A program made the translations under genes and the position numbers. Of a DNA stretch of 64,000 bases, positions 38,413-49,549 are shown in pieces. The notes beneath the pieces were generated by a model, which saw only the letters and a program-made list of their open reading frames with translations, ran no database searches and was not told the origin of the DNA. The first letter of the stretch is position 1. Each line of letters starts with the position of its first letter. Source of the stretch: Parvibaculum sp. (GTDB lineage: Bacteria; Pseudomonadota; Alphaproteobacteria; Parvibaculales; Parvibaculaceae); assembly GCF_017642695.1 (NCBI RefSeq), contig NZ_JAEPQD010000001.1; one strand, 5' to 3'.

Positions 38413-39891
38413 GTGCCGCAGAAATTGAGTTCCCAGAGGAGACGAGCGCACACATTGCACGATAAACCCGCGCCATCCCGTACCGTCGCGCCGGAAGCGG
38501 GCCAACAGGCCGACCCCGCCGCGCCGCGCAAGAAAATCTTCGTCAAGACTTATGGCTGCCAGATGAACGTCTATGACTCGGCCCGCATGGTCGATGTCAT
38601 GGCGCCCACCGGCTATGCCGAGGCCGATACGCTCGAAGAGGCGGACATTGTTATCCTGAATACCTGTCACATTCGCGAAAAAGCCGCGGAGAAGGTTTAT
38701 TCGGAACTCGGCCGTCTGCGCGAACTGAAAAAGGAAAAGTCCAGCCGGGGGGAAAGCCTTGTCGTCGGCGTGGCCGGCTGCGTCGCGCAGGCCGAGGGCG
38801 AGGAGATGCGCCGCCGCGCGCCCGCCGTCGATCTCGTTCTGGGTCCGCAGACCTATCATCGCCTGCCGGAATATGTCGCGCGTCTCGCAAATGGTGGGCC
38901 AGGCATCGTGGAAACGGAGTTTCCGGCCGAAGACAAGTTCGAGAGCCTGCCTGCGCCGGATCGCCGCAAGACGCTCGCACGGGGCGCGACCGCCTTCCTC
39001 ACGATCCAGGAAGGTTGCGACAAGTTCTGCACCTTCTGCGTCGTGCCTTATACACGCGGTGCGGAATTCTCGCGGCCCGTTGCGCGCATTCTCGATGAGG
39101 CGAAGGCGCTTGCTGATGCGGGCGTCCGGGAGATCACACTGCTCGGACAGAACGTCAATGCCTATCACGGAGAGGATGCGAGGGGCGGTGCGGCAACGCT
39201 CGGTACGCTCATTCGCCACCTTGCCGCGGTCGACGGCATCGAACGCATCCGCTACACGACGAGCCACCCGCGCGACATGGATGAAGAACTCATCGCCGCC
39301 CATGCCGAAGTTCCGGAATTGATGCCCTATCTGCACCTGCCGGTGCAGTCCGGCTCCGATCGCATTCTCGAGGCGATGAACCGCCGCCACGATGCGGAAA
39401 GCTACGTCCGTCTTGTCGAACGTATTCGCGCCGCAAGGCCGGACATCGCCATGTCGTCCGACTTCATCGTCGGCTTCCCCGGCGAAACGAATCAGGATTT
39501 CGAGGCGACGCTCGATCTGGTGCGTACCGTCGGTTATGCGCAAGCCTATAGCTTCAAGTATAGCCCCCGTCCGGGCACGCCCGCAGCGACAGAGGAAAAT
39601 CAGCTTCCTGAAGAGGTGAAGAGCGAGAGATTGCAGCGTCTGCAGGCGCTTCTCGGTGAACAGCAGGTGACATTCAATCAATCATGCGCGGGACGCGTCA
39701 TGCCGGTCCTGTTCGACCGGCGCGGCAAGGGCGAACGTCAGTTGGTTGGCCGCAGTCCCTGGCTTCAATCTGTTCATGTCGAGGACGCGCCGGAGAACCT
39801 TTTCGGCAACATCGTCGAGGTTGAAATAGAGGAAGGATATCGGAACTCCCTTCGGGGACGCCTGCGAGCAGCGGAGGCGGTCGTCGCCTGA
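38413..39891 (+). CDS. miaB: tRNA-2-methylthio-N6-dimethylallyladenosine synthase MiaB
   Basis: 492 aa. MTTase N-terminal domain ([16 protein letters not shown]), radical-SAM CxxxCxxC (CDKFCTFC), TRAM domain. N-terminal extension as in rhizobial MiaB. Confidence 0.9.
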   Translation: MPQKLSSQRRRAHTLHDKPAPSRTVAPEAGQQADPAAPRKKIFVKTYGCQMNVYDSARMVDVMAPTGYAEADTLEEADIVILNTCHIREKAAEKVYSELGRLRELKKEKSSRGESLVVGVAGCVAQAEGEEMRRRAPAVDLVLGPQTYHRLPEYVARLANGGPGIVETEFPAEDKFESLPAPDRRKTLARGATAFLTIQEGCDKFCTFCVVPYTRGAEFSRPVARILDEAKALADAGVREITLLGQNVNAYHGEDARGGAATLGTLIRHLAAVDGIERIRYTTSHPRDMDEELIAAHAEVPELMPYLHLPVQSGSDRILEAMNRRHDAESYVRLVERIRAARPDIAMSSDFIVGFPGETNQDFEATLDLVRTVGYAQAYSFKYSPRPGTPAATEENQLPEEVKSERLQRLQALLGEQQVTFNQSCAGRVMPVLFDRRGKGERQLVGRSPWLQSVHVEDAPENLFGNIVEVEIEEGYRNSLRGRLRAAEAVVA

Positions 39892-39925
39892 TGGAAAGTG
39901 GTCATACGCACGTCGAAAGGACAGG

Positions 39926-40957
39926 GTGCAGTTGAGCGCAACGGGTGGGATGAAGACGGCGAAGGGTGAATCGGGAGGCGAGGACAGTCTGGTCATCGCC
40001 TTCGACGATAACCGTCTGTTGACGGAACTTTTCGGAACGAACGACCGGCATCTGGCCCGCATAGAACAGGGGCTGGGCGTGCTCGCAACCTCGCGCGGCA
40101 ACAAGCTCGTCATCACCGGCAATGCCCATGCGCGCAACCAGGCTGACCGTGTTTTCCGCGACCTGTATGAAAGGCTGAAATCCGGACAGGAAGTAAGCGC
40201 GGGCGAGGTCGACGGCGCTATCCGCATGGCGACGGCGCCGGACGCTGATCTCGCCAAGCCACAGGGCGGTCTCTCCGGCCACCAGGTCCAGACCAAGCGC
40301 CGCGTCATTTCCGCGCGTTCGCAGACGCAAGGTTCTTATATCGAAGCATTGATGTCGAATGAACTCGTCTTCGGCGTCGGTCCGGCCGGCACCGGCAAGA
40401 CATATCTTGCGGTTGCGGTCGCGGTTTCCATGCTTCTGCAGAAACGCGTCGATCGTATCATCCTCTCGCGCCCTGCAGTTGAGGCGGGCGAACGTCTCGG
40501 CTTTCTGCCGGGAGATCTGAAAGAGAAGATCGACCCCTATCTGCGCCCGCTCTATGACGCGCTCTACGACACCCTGCCGGGTGAGCAGGCGATGAAGGGT
40601 ATCGAATCTGGCGAGATCGAGGTTGCGCCGCTTGCCTTCATGCGCGGCCGCACACTCGCCAATTCCTTCGTCATTCTCGACGAGGCGCAGAACTGCACTC
40701 CCGTTCAGATGAAGATGTTTCTGACGCGCCTCGGCGAGAACAGCCGCATGGCGATCACTGGTGACCCGAGCCAGGTCGACCTGCCGCTCGGCGCGAAATC
40801 AGGCCTCAAGGACGCACTTGATGTGCTCGACGGCGTGCCCGGCGTCTCGACCGTGCGGTTCTCGGATGCGGACGTGGTGCGCCACCCTCTCGTGACCCGC
40901 ATCGTGAAGGCCTATAATGCGCGCGAACGAGGCCTTCTTGGCGAGGGCGACAAATGA
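39926..40957 (+). CDS. ybeZ: PhoH-family ATPase (YbeZ)
   Basis: GTG start. Walker A (GPAGTGKTYLAV). PhoH motifs. Confidence 0.9.
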   Translation: MQLSATGGMKTAKGESGGEDSLVIAFDDNRLLTELFGTNDRHLARIEQGLGVLATSRGNKLVITGNAHARNQADRVFRDLYERLKSGQEVSAGEVDGAIRMATAPDADLAKPQGGLSGHQVQTKRRVISARSQTQGSYIEALMSNELVFGVGPAGTGKTYLAVAVAVSMLLQKRVDRIILSRPAVEAGERLGFLPGDLKEKIDPYLRPLYDALYDTLPGEQAMKGIESGEIEVAPLAFMRGRTLANSFVILDEAQNCTPVQMKMFLTRLGENSRMAITGDPSQVDLPLGAKSGLKDALDVLDGVPGVSTVRFSDADVVRHPLVTRIVKAYNARERGLLGEGDK

Positions 40958-41511
40958 ACACGGATTCCTCTTCCGGGCGCAAGCGAAGTGCGAAAGCCCG
41001 AAGTCCGGTTTCCGGACTTGAGATTGATGTTGTGCGAGAATCCGGCGACTGGGACAGTGGCACCGACGAAACGGTGCGCCGCGCGGCAGAGCATGCCTAC
41101 GTCGTGACCCGTGGCGACGAGGCGGCCGAGCTCTGCATCGTGCTCGGCAACGACGAACTGGCTGCCCGCCTCAACAAGGCTTATCGCGGCAAGGACGGGC
41201 CGACCAACGTTCTCTCTTTTCCTGCCGCCGAGATGCCGGACACCGGTGCGCCGCAAGCAGCTTTTCAGACATCGTCGCCGCTGCTGGGCGATGTCGTCCT
41301 CGCACGTGAGACGATTGCCCGCGAAGCAGCGGTCCAGAACAAGAAATTTACTGATCACCTGACGCATCTCACCGTTCACGGTGTGCTGCATCTGCTCGGT
41401 CACGATCACATGGACGATGTGGAAGCCGAGGAGATGGAGGCGCTTGAACGGGATATACTGGAAGATCTCGGCATTGCCGACCCCTATCGCGAAGAACGCA
41501 ACGGCAACTGA
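40954..41511 (+). CDS. ybeY: rRNA maturation endoribonuclease YbeY
   Basis: 185 aa. HGVLHLLGHDH zinc motif. Overlaps the phoH stop codon. Confidence 0.9.
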   Translation: MNTDSSSGRKRSAKARSPVSGLEIDVVRESGDWDSGTDETVRRAAEHAYVVTRGDEAAELCIVLGNDELAARLNKAYRGKDGPTNVLSFPAAEMPDTGAPQAAFQTSSPLLGDVVLARETIAREAAVQNKKFTDHLTHLTVHGVLHLLGHDHMDDVEAEEMEALERDILEDLGIADPYREERNGN

Positions 41512-41541
41512 AAACCTAGATAGAAAATCCGAAACAGGACA

Positions 41542-42498
41542 ATGGCCGACACGACCGACCGATCATCAACCTTGCCCGTCCGGGATGATCCCGCCTATCA
41601 GCGAAACCGTCAGCGTTTGGGCTGGTTGCGCACGCTTCTGGGGTTGAACGGAAATGGTGACAGCTCGCTCCGCGAAAGCCTCGAGGAGGTCATCGAGGAG
41701 CATGAGGATATTCATCGCAGTCTGACCGCCGAAGAACGACACATGCTCGTCAACATCCTGAAGTTCGGTGAGCTGCGTGTGGATGACGTCATGGTGCCGC
41801 GGGCCGATGTGATCGGTGTCGAGGAAGCGGCGACCATGGAAGAGGTTTTGCGTCTCTATCGGGACTCGAGTCATTCGCGCATGCCGATCTATCGAGAGAC
41901 TCTCGACGACCCGATCGGCATGGTCCATCTGAAAGACGTGCTGGCCTGGCTCGCGCCGGTCGAAAGTGAAGGCGCGGCACCAAGACCTCCCTTTTCTCTT
42001 CGTTCGATTCGGCGCGAAGTGCTTTTTGTGCCGCCCTCCATGCCGGCGCTCGATCTTCTTGTGAAAATGCAGGCGACACGCATCCACCTCGCTCTCGTCA
42101 TAGACGAGTATGGCGGCACGGACGGTCTTGTCTCGATCGAGGATCTTGTCGAGGAGATTGTCGGAGAAATCGAGGATGAGCATGATATCGACAGCGGTCC
42201 CTCGCTGGTGAAACGCGAGGACGGGTCGATCGACGCTGATGCTCGCTGCCCGATCGAGGATCTTGAAGAGATGATTGGTGTGACGCTGGTTGAAGAGGAA
42301 TACCAGGACGATGTCGACACGCTGGGGGGGCTCGTTTTCTCGCTGCTCGGGCGTGTTCCCCTTCGCGGCGAACTGGTGCGTCATCCGGCGGGTCTCGAAT
42401 TCGAAGTGAAGGACGCCGATCCCCGCCGCATCAAGCGCATGCGCATTCACCTTCTGCCCGGTGCCGACGCCGAGGCGGCATCCGAAGCGGAAGGCTGA
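41542..42498 (+). CDS. corC: CBS-pair / CorC_HlyC domain protein (CorC/TlyC-like Mg/Co efflux-associated)
   Basis: 318 aa. Tandem CBS domains plus a C-terminal transporter-associated domain. Confidence 0.85.
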   Translation: MADTTDRSSTLPVRDDPAYQRNRQRLGWLRTLLGLNGNGDSSLRESLEEVIEEHEDIHRSLTAEERHMLVNILKFGELRVDDVMVPRADVIGVEEAATMEEVLRLYRDSSHSRMPIYRETLDDPIGMVHLKDVLAWLAPVESEGAAPRPPFSLRSIRREVLFVPPSMPALDLLVKMQATRIHLALVIDEYGGTDGLVSIEDLVEEIVGEIEDEHDIDSGPSLVKREDGSIDADARCPIEDLEEMIGVTLVEEEYQDDVDTLGGLVFSLLGRVPLRGELVRHPAGLEFEVKDADPRRIKRMRIHLLPGADAEAASEAEG

Positions 42499-42501
42499 CG
42501 G

Positions 42502-44175
42502 GTGCGGTTCGAAAACGGCCTTCTCGAGGCCGTCGATCGGCTGGAGCGGTTCGCTTGCTTTCTTTCGGAATTGCGCGGCTGGCGACGGTATCTTGCCGCC
42601 TTTGTTGCGGGCGTGGTCAGCGTACTTGCGCTGCCGCCTTATGAATTCCTGCCGGTTCTCTTCGTTTCCATTCCCGTCCTCGTCTGGCTTCTGGACGGGG
42701 TGGGCGAGCCGACACGCTCTCGCCGCCGCCGCGTTCTGTGGCGCGCGGGGTTGATCGGCTGGTGGTTCGGCTTCGGATATTTCCTGTTCGGTCTCTACTG
42801 GGTCGGAAATGCCTTTCTGGTCGATGCCGAGAAGTTTGCTTTCCTTCTGCCGGTGGCGGTGACACTCATGCCGGCGGGGCTTGCGCTCTTCACGGGGGCG
42901 GCCGCCGCGATTGCCCGCCTGTTCTGGTTGAATGGATACCGACGTGTGGCCGTCCTCGCCGTCGTCTGGACCATTTTCGAATGGCTGCGCGGTCACATCC
43001 TGACGGGCTTCCCCTGGAATCTGATCGGCGAGAGTTTCACCGGTTCGGATGCGCTGCTCCAGGTCGCTGCGCTTGTCGGTGCCTACGGTCTGTCCTTCAT
43101 CGTAATGCTGATCGCGGGGTCGCCCGCCTCTTTCGACACGCGCCTCCTGCCGGGATCGCGGCGTCTTGATGGCGAGCTCTTCGCTGCGCCTGCGATCGCG
43201 CTTGCGGGTCTCGCCCTTATCTGGGTTGGTGGCGCCGCGCGTCTTTCCTCCGCAGAACTTGACTACAGCGGCGCAACGAATGTCCGGATCGTGCATCCCG
43301 ACACGCCCTTTGCGAAGGACTGGGACAGTGAGGAACGTCTTCTCACCATCATCGGCCAGTTGCTGCGCATGTCGCGTGAGCCGACGCCCGAAAGTCCCGC
43401 GGGATTAAAACCGGGCACCATCGTCGTCTGGCCGGAGAACGCCGTGCCGGTTCTGCTCGCACGCGAGCCCTATGTGCTCGGCGCCATTGGACGCATGCTG
43501 CCGGATGGCGCCTATCTCATTGCGGGTTCGAACCGCGGCGAGCCCGCGCCGGATGGCCCTTCCAACCGTCTTCGCGTTTTCTACAACAGCCTCTATGTCG
43601 TCGATGCGGATGGCGAGATCGTCGAGACCTACGACAAGCACCATCTCGTACCTTTCGGCGAATATGTGCCGCTCCGGCATCTGCTGGGCCGGATCGGGTT
43701 GCGGCAGATCGTGCAGTTTCAGGGAAGTTTCGATGTCGGGCCGGGTCCGAGGACACTCGTTTTGCCCGGCATGCCCCCGGTCAGTCCTCTCATTTGCTAC
43801 GAAATCATCTTTCCCGAGGAGATCGTTGCGCCGGGGCAACGCCCTGCCTGGCTCGTCAACATTACCAATGACGCCTGGTTCGGTGAATCCGCGGGCCCCT
43901 ACCAGCACTTCTCCCAGGTCCGCATGCGGGCGGTGGAGCAAGGTCTGCCGGTTGCCCGTTCGGCAAATAGTGGCATCTCGGCTCTGGTCGATCCTTACGG
44001 CCGCGTCGTGAAAAGCCTGCCGCTGGACGGCCGCGGTATCATCGACGCCAAACTCCCTGCGCCTCTTCAGCCGACGCTTTATGCGCGGCTCGGCGATCTG
44101 TTCCTCGCCTTTCTCATGCTGGCTGCCGTCGCCGCGGCCTGGTATGGCCACCGCTCGCAAGAAGCTGCCGGCTAA
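42502..44175 (+). CDS. lnt: apolipoprotein N-acyltransferase
   Basis: 557 aa, GTG start. N-terminal multi-TM domain. C-terminal CN-hydrolase domain (VVWPE...LICYEIIF). Confidence 0.9.
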   Translation: MRFENGLLEAVDRLERFACFLSELRGWRRYLAAFVAGVVSVLALPPYEFLPVLFVSIPVLVWLLDGVGEPTRSRRRRVLWRAGLIGWWFGFGYFLFGLYWVGNAFLVDAEKFAFLLPVAVTLMPAGLALFTGAAAAIARLFWLNGYRRVAVLAVVWTIFEWLRGHILTGFPWNLIGESFTGSDALLQVAALVGAYGLSFIVMLIAGSPASFDTRLLPGSRRLDGELFAAPAIALAGLALIWVGGAARLSSAELDYSGATNVRIVHPDTPFAKDWDSEERLLTIIGQLLRMSREPTPESPAGLKPGTIVVWPENAVPVLLAREPYVLGAIGRMLPDGAYLIAGSNRGEPAPDGPSNRLRVFYNSLYVVDADGEIVETYDKHHLVPFGEYVPLRHLLGRIGLRQIVQFQGSFDVGPGPRTLVLPGMPPVSPLICYEIIFPEEIVAPGQRPAWLVNITNDAWFGESAGPYQHFSQVRMRAVEQGLPVARSANSGISALVDPYGRVVKSLPLDGRGIIDAKLPAPLQPTLYARLGDLFLAFLMLAAVAAAWYGHRSQEAAG

Positions 44176-44413
44176 ACCTCAAGGTTGCCGTGAGGCAGGC
44201 GGTATCCGTCGGATTTCTGCCGCTTCCTCCGGACATTTTCAGGCGGCATTCCTCTCCAAAGCAGAAGGTATTCAGCTCAACAGAGCTTTCTTGGCGATCT
44301 CGATCGGCAATTACGACAGCGGATTTTCGATCTTCTGAAGGTGCTGGCTGGCGCGTTCGATGAGTTCAAAGTACAGAATTCGGCGGATTTGACGATATTA
44401 TAGGAAATAATAG

Positions 44414-44441
44414 AAAGATATGCACTTATGTGCATATCTTT
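44414..44441. promoter_or_regulatory. 28-nt perfect AT-rich palindrome AAAGATATGCAC-TTAT-GTGCATATCTTT in the metK leader. Candidate operator, or a bidirectional terminator-like hairpin
   Basis: Read from sequence. 12-bp arms and a 4-nt loop, flanked by an A-tract and a T-tract, inside a locally AT-rich island about 170 nt upstream of metK. Confidence 0.35.
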
Positions 44442-44607
44442 TTGCGGCAGGCTGTTGACCCCGCACACGATCCTTGCAACAACCTTGGCCGTCGGCGCGG
44501 CGGACCGAGTTTCACGCCGCGACATGGAAATGTCGCCCAGCGCCGTCATGAATAAGAAGTGCCGACGGCGATTCCGCCGGATCCGGCGCAAAACTCATCT
44601 CACACCC

Positions 44608-45792
44608 ATGAGGGAGATCAACTTGGCTAGGTCAAATTTCCTGTTCACAAGCGAATCCGTTTCCGAGGGCCATCCCGACAAGGTGTGCGACAGGATTTCC
44701 GATGCCGTCGTCGATCTCTATCTGGCAGGCGATCCCTTCGCGCGCGTGGCCTGTGAAACGCTGACGACGACGAACAAGATCGTCCTGGCTGGCGAAGTGC
44801 GCGGCCCGGCTTCCATCACCAAGGACCAGATCGAGGAGACCGCGCGCAAGGCCGTGAAGGCGATCGGTTACGAGCAGGATGGCTTCCATTGGAAGACCGC
44901 CGACTGCGAAGTCCTGTTGCATGCCCAGTCCGCCGACATTGCCCAGGGCGTCGATGCCGCCGGCAACAAGGACGAAGGCGCGGGCGACCAGGGCATCATG
45001 TTCGGTTATGCCTGCACCGAAACCGACGTTCTGATGCCTTCGCCGATATTCTATTCGCACCGCATCCTGAAGCGTATGGCCGACGAACGTCATTCCGGCA
45101 AGCGTCCCGAGTTCGAGCCGGATGCGAAGAGCCAGGTCACGATGAAATACGAGAACGGCAAGCCCGTCGGCGTCACCTCGGTCGTCGTGTCCACGCAGCA
45201 CAAGGAGGGCGTGAAGCAGGACGATCTGCGCGAACTTGTTCGCGAGGCCGTGAAGGCTGAGCTCCCGAATGGCTGGTTTCCGCCGGAAGAAGAGTTCTAC
45301 GTGAACCCAACCGGCAAGTTCGTGATCGGCGGCCCGGACGGCGACGCCGGCCTCACCGGCCGCAAGATCATTGTCGACACCTATGGGGGCTGGGCGCCTC
45401 ACGGCGGCGGCGCCTTCTCCGGCAAGGATCCGACGAAGGTTGACCGTTCGGCGGCCTATGCCTCGCGCTATCTTGCCAAAAACGTTGTGGCGGCAGGCCT
45501 CTCCGAGCGGTGCACCATCCAGCTTTCCTATGCGATTGGCGTCTCGAAGCCGCTTTCGATCTATTGCGATTTGCACGGTACCGGCAAGGTCGAGGAAGAG
45601 GCGATCGAGAAGGCTGTGGCGAAGTGCATGGATCTCTCTCCGCGCGGCATCCGCGAGCATCTCCAGCTCAACAGGCCGATCTACGAGCGCACCGCCGCCT
45701 ACGGTCATTTCGGACGCCAGCCGGATTCCGATGGCGGCTTCTCCTGGGAGAAGACCGACATCGCCGACAAGATCGCGGCCGAAATCCGATAA
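44608..45792 (+). CDS. metK: S-adenosylmethionine synthetase
   Basis: MetK N-terminus ([23 protein letters not shown]) and C-terminal motifs. The true start is the ATG at 44608 or the TTG at 44626 (GAGGGAGA RBS). The 60-codon upstream extension of the ORF is non-coding. Confidence 0.9.
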   Translation: MREINLARSNFLFTSESVSEGHPDKVCDRISDAVVDLYLAGDPFARVACETLTTTNKIVLAGEVRGPASITKDQIEETARKAVKAIGYEQDGFHWKTADCEVLLHAQSADIAQGVDAAGNKDEGAGDQGIMFGYACTETDVLMPSPIFYSHRILKRMADERHSGKRPEFEPDAKSQVTMKYENGKPVGVTSVVVSTQHKEGVKQDDLRELVREAVKAELPNGWFPPEEEFYVNPTGKFVIGGPDGDAGLTGRKIIVDTYGGWAPHGGGAFSGKDPTKVDRSAAYASRYLAKNVVAAGLSERCTIQLSYAIGVSKPLSIYCDLHGTGKVEEEAIEKAVAKCMDLSPRGIREHLQLNRPIYERTAAYGHFGRQPDSDGGFSWEKTDIADKIAAEIR

Positions 45793-45806
45793 GATCCGGT
45801 GCCAAT

Positions 45807-46538
45807 GTGAGCGGCGAACGCGAAACCTCTCGCCGTCACGTCTATGGGCGCACGAAGGGCAAGGCGCTTCGGCCTCGTCAGGCGAATTTGATGGAGACCC
45901 TCTACCCGGGGGTCTCCATTTCTCTTGGAGAGGGCCTGCTGGACCCGCACGCCCTTTTCGGTGATGTTGACGAGGTCTGGCTCGAAATCGGCTTCGGCGG
46001 CGGCGAGCATCTCGCCCACCAGGCGGTAGCTCATCCCCGCGTCGGCATTATGGGATGTGAGCCCTTTCTGAACGGTGTCGCGAAGCTCGTTTCGGAGATC
46101 GATGTGCGCGGCCTTTCCAACGTGCGCATTCTGAACGATGACGCCCGCTTCCTGCTGGAGCGGCTGCCGCCCGCGGCTCTATCACGCGTTTTCATCCTCT
46201 ACCCCGACCCTTGGCCGAAAAAGCGTCACAACAAACGCCGCTTCATAAATGAAGAGACTCTGGGCTTTCTCGCGGCGGCGTTGAAGACTGGAGGCGAACT
46301 TCGCTTTGCCAGCGATATTCCCGATTATGTCGCATGGACGCTTGCCCATATCGACCGGTTCAATCGCGAGCATGGCAAAACATTCGTCTGGACGGCGGAA
46401 AGGGCGGCCGACTGGCGCACGCCCTATGACGGCTGGCCCGGCACGCGATACGAAGCGAAGGCGATCCGCGAGGGCCGCAGGCCTGCCTATCTCACCTTCC
46501 GCAGGGCTTGCCCTGACAGCCAAAAAAGCGCTATATAG
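45807..46538 (+). CDS. trmB: tRNA (guanine46-N7)-methyltransferase
   Basis: GTG start at 45807. EIGFGGGEHL SAM motif. FILYPDPWPKKRHNKRR motif. Confidence 0.85.
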   Translation: MSGERETSRRHVYGRTKGKALRPRQANLMETLYPGVSISLGEGLLDPHALFGDVDEVWLEIGFGGGEHLAHQAVAHPRVGIMGCEPFLNGVAKLVSEIDVRGLSNVRILNDDARFLLERLPPAALSRVFILYPDPWPKKRHNKRRFINEETLGFLAAALKTGGELRFASDIPDYVAWTLAHIDRFNREHGKTFVWTAERAADWRTPYDGWPGTRYEAKAIREGRRPAYLTFRRACPDSQKSAI

Positions 46539-46645
46539 GAACCAACAAGTCAGCGACGCTCTAGAGAGTGGGCTGTCTCCGGAAACGGGGGCCCGCTTTT
46601 TTTGTTATCTGGGGCCCGGACTGACAGCGGTTTGGAGATTGGCCA

Positions 46646-47269
46646 TTGGCCTCCACGGGTCTCGACAGAAAGACGGACGGCAAAACGGTGGACCTTGCGC
46701 AGCTCGACACGCATCTGGTTGCGCCCACCGGTGTCGCGCGCAAGGTGTTCGACCTGCTGCGCGGTCCTGCTGACGGCATCGGCTTCGAGATCGTGCGCAT
46801 CCGTTTCGGTCTGCAGGACGGCCACACGCTTCAGATCATGGCCGAGCGTGCTGACGGCACCATGTCTGTCGAGGACTGCGAGGAGCTCTCGCGCACCCTT
46901 TCGGCGGTACTCGATGTCGAGGATCCGATCCCCGGCGAATACAACCTCGAGGTTTCTTCGGCAGGCATCGATCGACCGCTGACGCGGCCGAAGGATTTCG
47001 AACGCTGGCAGGGTTTCGAGGCAAAAATCGAGCTCACTGAAGCGGTCGGCGGCCGCAAACGGTTTCGCGGGCTGCTTCAGGGCGTCGAAGATGACGAAGT
47101 TCTCGTCGAAAGCGACGTCGAAGGTTTTTCGGAACCGCAGGTGCTTGGCCTGCCGTTCCAGAAGGTGAGCGAGGCGAAGCTCGTCATGAGCGACGACCTC
47201 ATTAGGGAAAGTCTCAAAAGACAGGGCCGGGCGGCGAACGATCCCGACGCCCCTTCCGACGGAGAATAA
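46646..47269 (+). CDS. rimP: ribosome maturation factor RimP
   Basis: 207 aa. RimP N- and C-terminal domains. Immediately upstream of nusA. Confidence 0.8.
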   Translation: MASTGLDRKTDGKTVDLAQLDTHLVAPTGVARKVFDLLRGPADGIGFEIVRIRFGLQDGHTLQIMAERADGTMSVEDCEELSRTLSAVLDVEDPIPGEYNLEVSSAGIDRPLTRPKDFERWQGFEAKIELTEAVGGRKRFRGLLQGVEDDEVLVESDVEGFSEPQVLGLPFQKVSEAKLVMSDDLIRESLKRQGRAANDPDAPSDGE

Positions 47270-47272
47270 AGA

Positions 47273-48892
47273 ATGGCATCGGCTGTAAGCGCCAACCGGC
47301 TTGAACTGTTGCAGATCGCGGACGCGGTCGCGCGCGAGAAGTCGATCGACCGCGAGGTCGTGATCGAGGCGATGGCCGAAGCGATCCAGAAAGCGGCGCG
47401 CTCGCGCTATGGCGCGGAAAATGAAATCCGTGCCCGGATCAATGCCCAGACCGGCGAGATTCGTCTCGTGCGTCTTCTCGAAGTGGTGGAAGCTGTCGAC
47501 AACGACGCCGTCCAGATCGATCTGAAGTCGGCCCAGCGCCGTAATCCCGCCGCCCAGCTCGGCGATTTGATCGAGGACGAGCTGCCGCCTGTCGATTTCG
47601 GCCGCATCGCCGCACAGACCGCGAAGCAGGTCATCGTGCAGAAGGTGCGCGATGCTGAGCGCGAGCGTCAGTATGATGAATACAAGGATCGCATCGGCGA
47701 AATTGTGAATGGCATCGTCAAGCGCGTCGAATACGGCAATGTCATTGTCGATCTCGGTCGTGGCGAAGCAATCGTGCGTCGTGACGAACTTTTGCCGCGC
47801 GAAACCTTCCGCAATGGAGACCGCATCCGCGCCTATATCTACGACGTACGCCGTGAACAGCGTGGACCGCAGATCTTCCTTTCGCGCTCACATCCCCAGT
47901 TCATGGCAAAGCTCTTCGCGCAGGAAGTGCCGGAGATCTACGACGGCATCATCGAGATCAGGGCCGTCGCCCGCGATCCGGGCAGCCGCGCGAAGATCGC
48001 CGTGCTCTCGAACGACAGTTCCATCGATCCGGTCGGAGCCTGCGTGGGTATGCGTGGCTCGCGCGTGCAGGCGGTTGTCAACGAACTGCAGGGCGAAAAG
48101 ATCGACATCATCCAGTGGTCGCCCGACGCGGCTACTTTCATCGTCAATGGTCTTGCGCCCGCTGAAGTCGTCAAGGTCGTGCTGGACGAAGATGCGCAGC
48201 GTATTGAAGTCGTCGTCCCCGATGACCAGCTTTCTCTTGCGATCGGCCGCCGTGGACAGAATGTACGTCTCGCTTCGCAACTGACGGGCTGGGACATCGA
48301 CATCCTCACGGAAGCCGAGGAGAGCGAGCGCCGCCAGGCCGAGTTCCTGAGCCGGACCGCCACGTTTGCCGAAGCGCTCGATGTGGACGAGATGATTGCG
48401 CAGCTTCTGGCCTCCGAAGGCTTTTCCTCGATCGAGGAAGTGGCCTATGTCGATCTGGATGAAATCGCGGACATCGAAGGCTTCGACGAGGATACGGCAC
48501 AGGAAATCCAGAGCCGCGCTCTCGAATATATCGACCGCCAGAATGCCGAATATGATGCGAAGCGCCGCGAGCTCGGTGTCGCCGACGAGGTAGGTGAGGT
48601 CGAGGGCGTTACGCCGAAGATGCTCGTCGCTTTCGGCGAGAACGATGTGAAGAGCGTCGAGGATCTTGCCGGGTGCGCTACCGACGATCTTGTGGGCTGG
48701 AACGAGACCGTCAACGGCGAGCGCAAGCACCAGCAGGGCATTCTCGAGGGCTTCGACGTCTCGGCCGACGACGCGAACGACCTCATCATGAAGGCGCGGC
48801 TCAAGGCGGGCTGGATCACCGAGGCCGACCTCGCGCCCGCGGAAGAAGACGAAGAAGCGGAGGGCTCGGACGAGGTTGGTGAAGAAGCCTGA
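47273..48892 (+). CDS. nusA: transcription termination/antitermination factor NusA
   Basis: 539 aa. N-terminal domain, S1 domain, two KH domains, acidic C-terminal repeats. Confidence 0.95.
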   Translation: MASAVSANRLELLQIADAVAREKSIDREVVIEAMAEAIQKAARSRYGAENEIRARINAQTGEIRLVRLLEVVEAVDNDAVQIDLKSAQRRNPAAQLGDLIEDELPPVDFGRIAAQTAKQVIVQKVRDAERERQYDEYKDRIGEIVNGIVKRVEYGNVIVDLGRGEAIVRRDELLPRETFRNGDRIRAYIYDVRREQRGPQIFLSRSHPQFMAKLFAQEVPEIYDGIIEIRAVARDPGSRAKIAVLSNDSSIDPVGACVGMRGSRVQAVVNELQGEKIDIIQWSPDAATFIVNGLAPAEVVKVVLDEDAQRIEVVVPDDQLSLAIGRRGQNVRLASQLTGWDIDILTEAEESERRQAEFLSRTATFAEALDVDEMIAQLLASEGFSSIEEVAYVDLDEIADIEGFDEDTAQEIQSRALEYIDRQNAEYDAKRRELGVADEVGEVEGVTPKMLVAFGENDVKSVEDLAGCATDDLVGWNETVNGERKHQQGILEGFDVSADDANDLIMKARLKAGWITEADLAPAEEDEEAEGSDEVGEEA

Positions 48893-49520
48893 TGCGGAGC
48901 GGGAGGGTCCGGAGCGCCGCTGCATCGTTTCCGGCGAGAGCGGCGGCAAGGATGGACTGATCCGCTTCGTGCTCGATCCGGAAGGCCAGGTCGTCCCCGA
49001 TCTTGCCGAAAAGCTGCCCGGCCGTGGCCTTTGGGTCACGGCGGTCCGCGAAATGGTTGAAAAAGCGGCCCTGAAGGGTCATTTCGCGAAGGCCGCGAAG
49101 GCGCCTGCGAAAGCCGGCCCGGAGCTGGCGGACCTTGTCGAGCGCTTGCTCGCCCGCCGTGCCGCCGATGCGCTGGGCCTTGCCCGCAAGGCCGGGGCCC
49201 TCGAAACGGGCTTCGAAAAGGTCCTCACGGCCATCGAGAGGGGCCGGATCGCGGCTCTGATCGAGGCGCGCGATGGTGCCCAAGACGGGCGCCGTAAGCT
49301 CGAACAGCGCCTCAGGGTGGTGAAAGAGCAAGGAATTCTGGGCGATGTGCCGGTCCTGAGCCCCCTATGGGCTGATGAAATGGGTTTGGCATTGGGCCGC
49401 GGAAATGTGATACATGCAGCCCTGATCCCGGGGCGCATGCAGGCGAAAGTCGTGGCGGATCTTGCCAGGCTCGCGCGTTATGGGCGGAAACTCCGCCCGG
49501 AGAATGCCCGCGTCATCTGA
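48876..49520 (+). CDS. YlxR (DUF448) / L7Ae-like RNA-binding protein of the nusA-infB operon
   Basis: 214 aa. [20 protein letters not shown] (YlxR motif) followed by an L7Ae-like domain. Confidence 0.7.
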   Translation: MVKKPDAEREGPERRCIVSGESGGKDGLIRFVLDPEGQVVPDLAEKLPGRGLWVTAVREMVEKAALKGHFAKAAKAPAKAGPELADLVERLLARRAADALGLARKAGALETGFEKVLTAIERGRIAALIEARDGAQDGRRKLEQRLRVVKEQGILGDVPVLSPLWADEMGLALGRGNVIHAALIPGRMQAKVVADLARLARYGRKLRPENARVI

Positions 49521-49549
49521 GCGTACGGGAAAGTGGACGAAGGATACGA

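Noticed and set aside
44428-44607. 60-codon N-terminal extension of the metK ORF ([19 protein letters not shown]...)
   Set aside because: MetK homology begins only at ...[16 protein letters not shown]. The extension overlaps the AT-rich palindrome and leader. A good RBS (GAGGGAGA) lies just before the downstream start
44176-44607. SAM-II or SAM-SAH riboswitch in the metK leader
   Set aside because: I could not identify the conserved pseudoknot/AAAGCU-type signature by eye. This needs a covariance-model search. Only the palindrome is reported as seen
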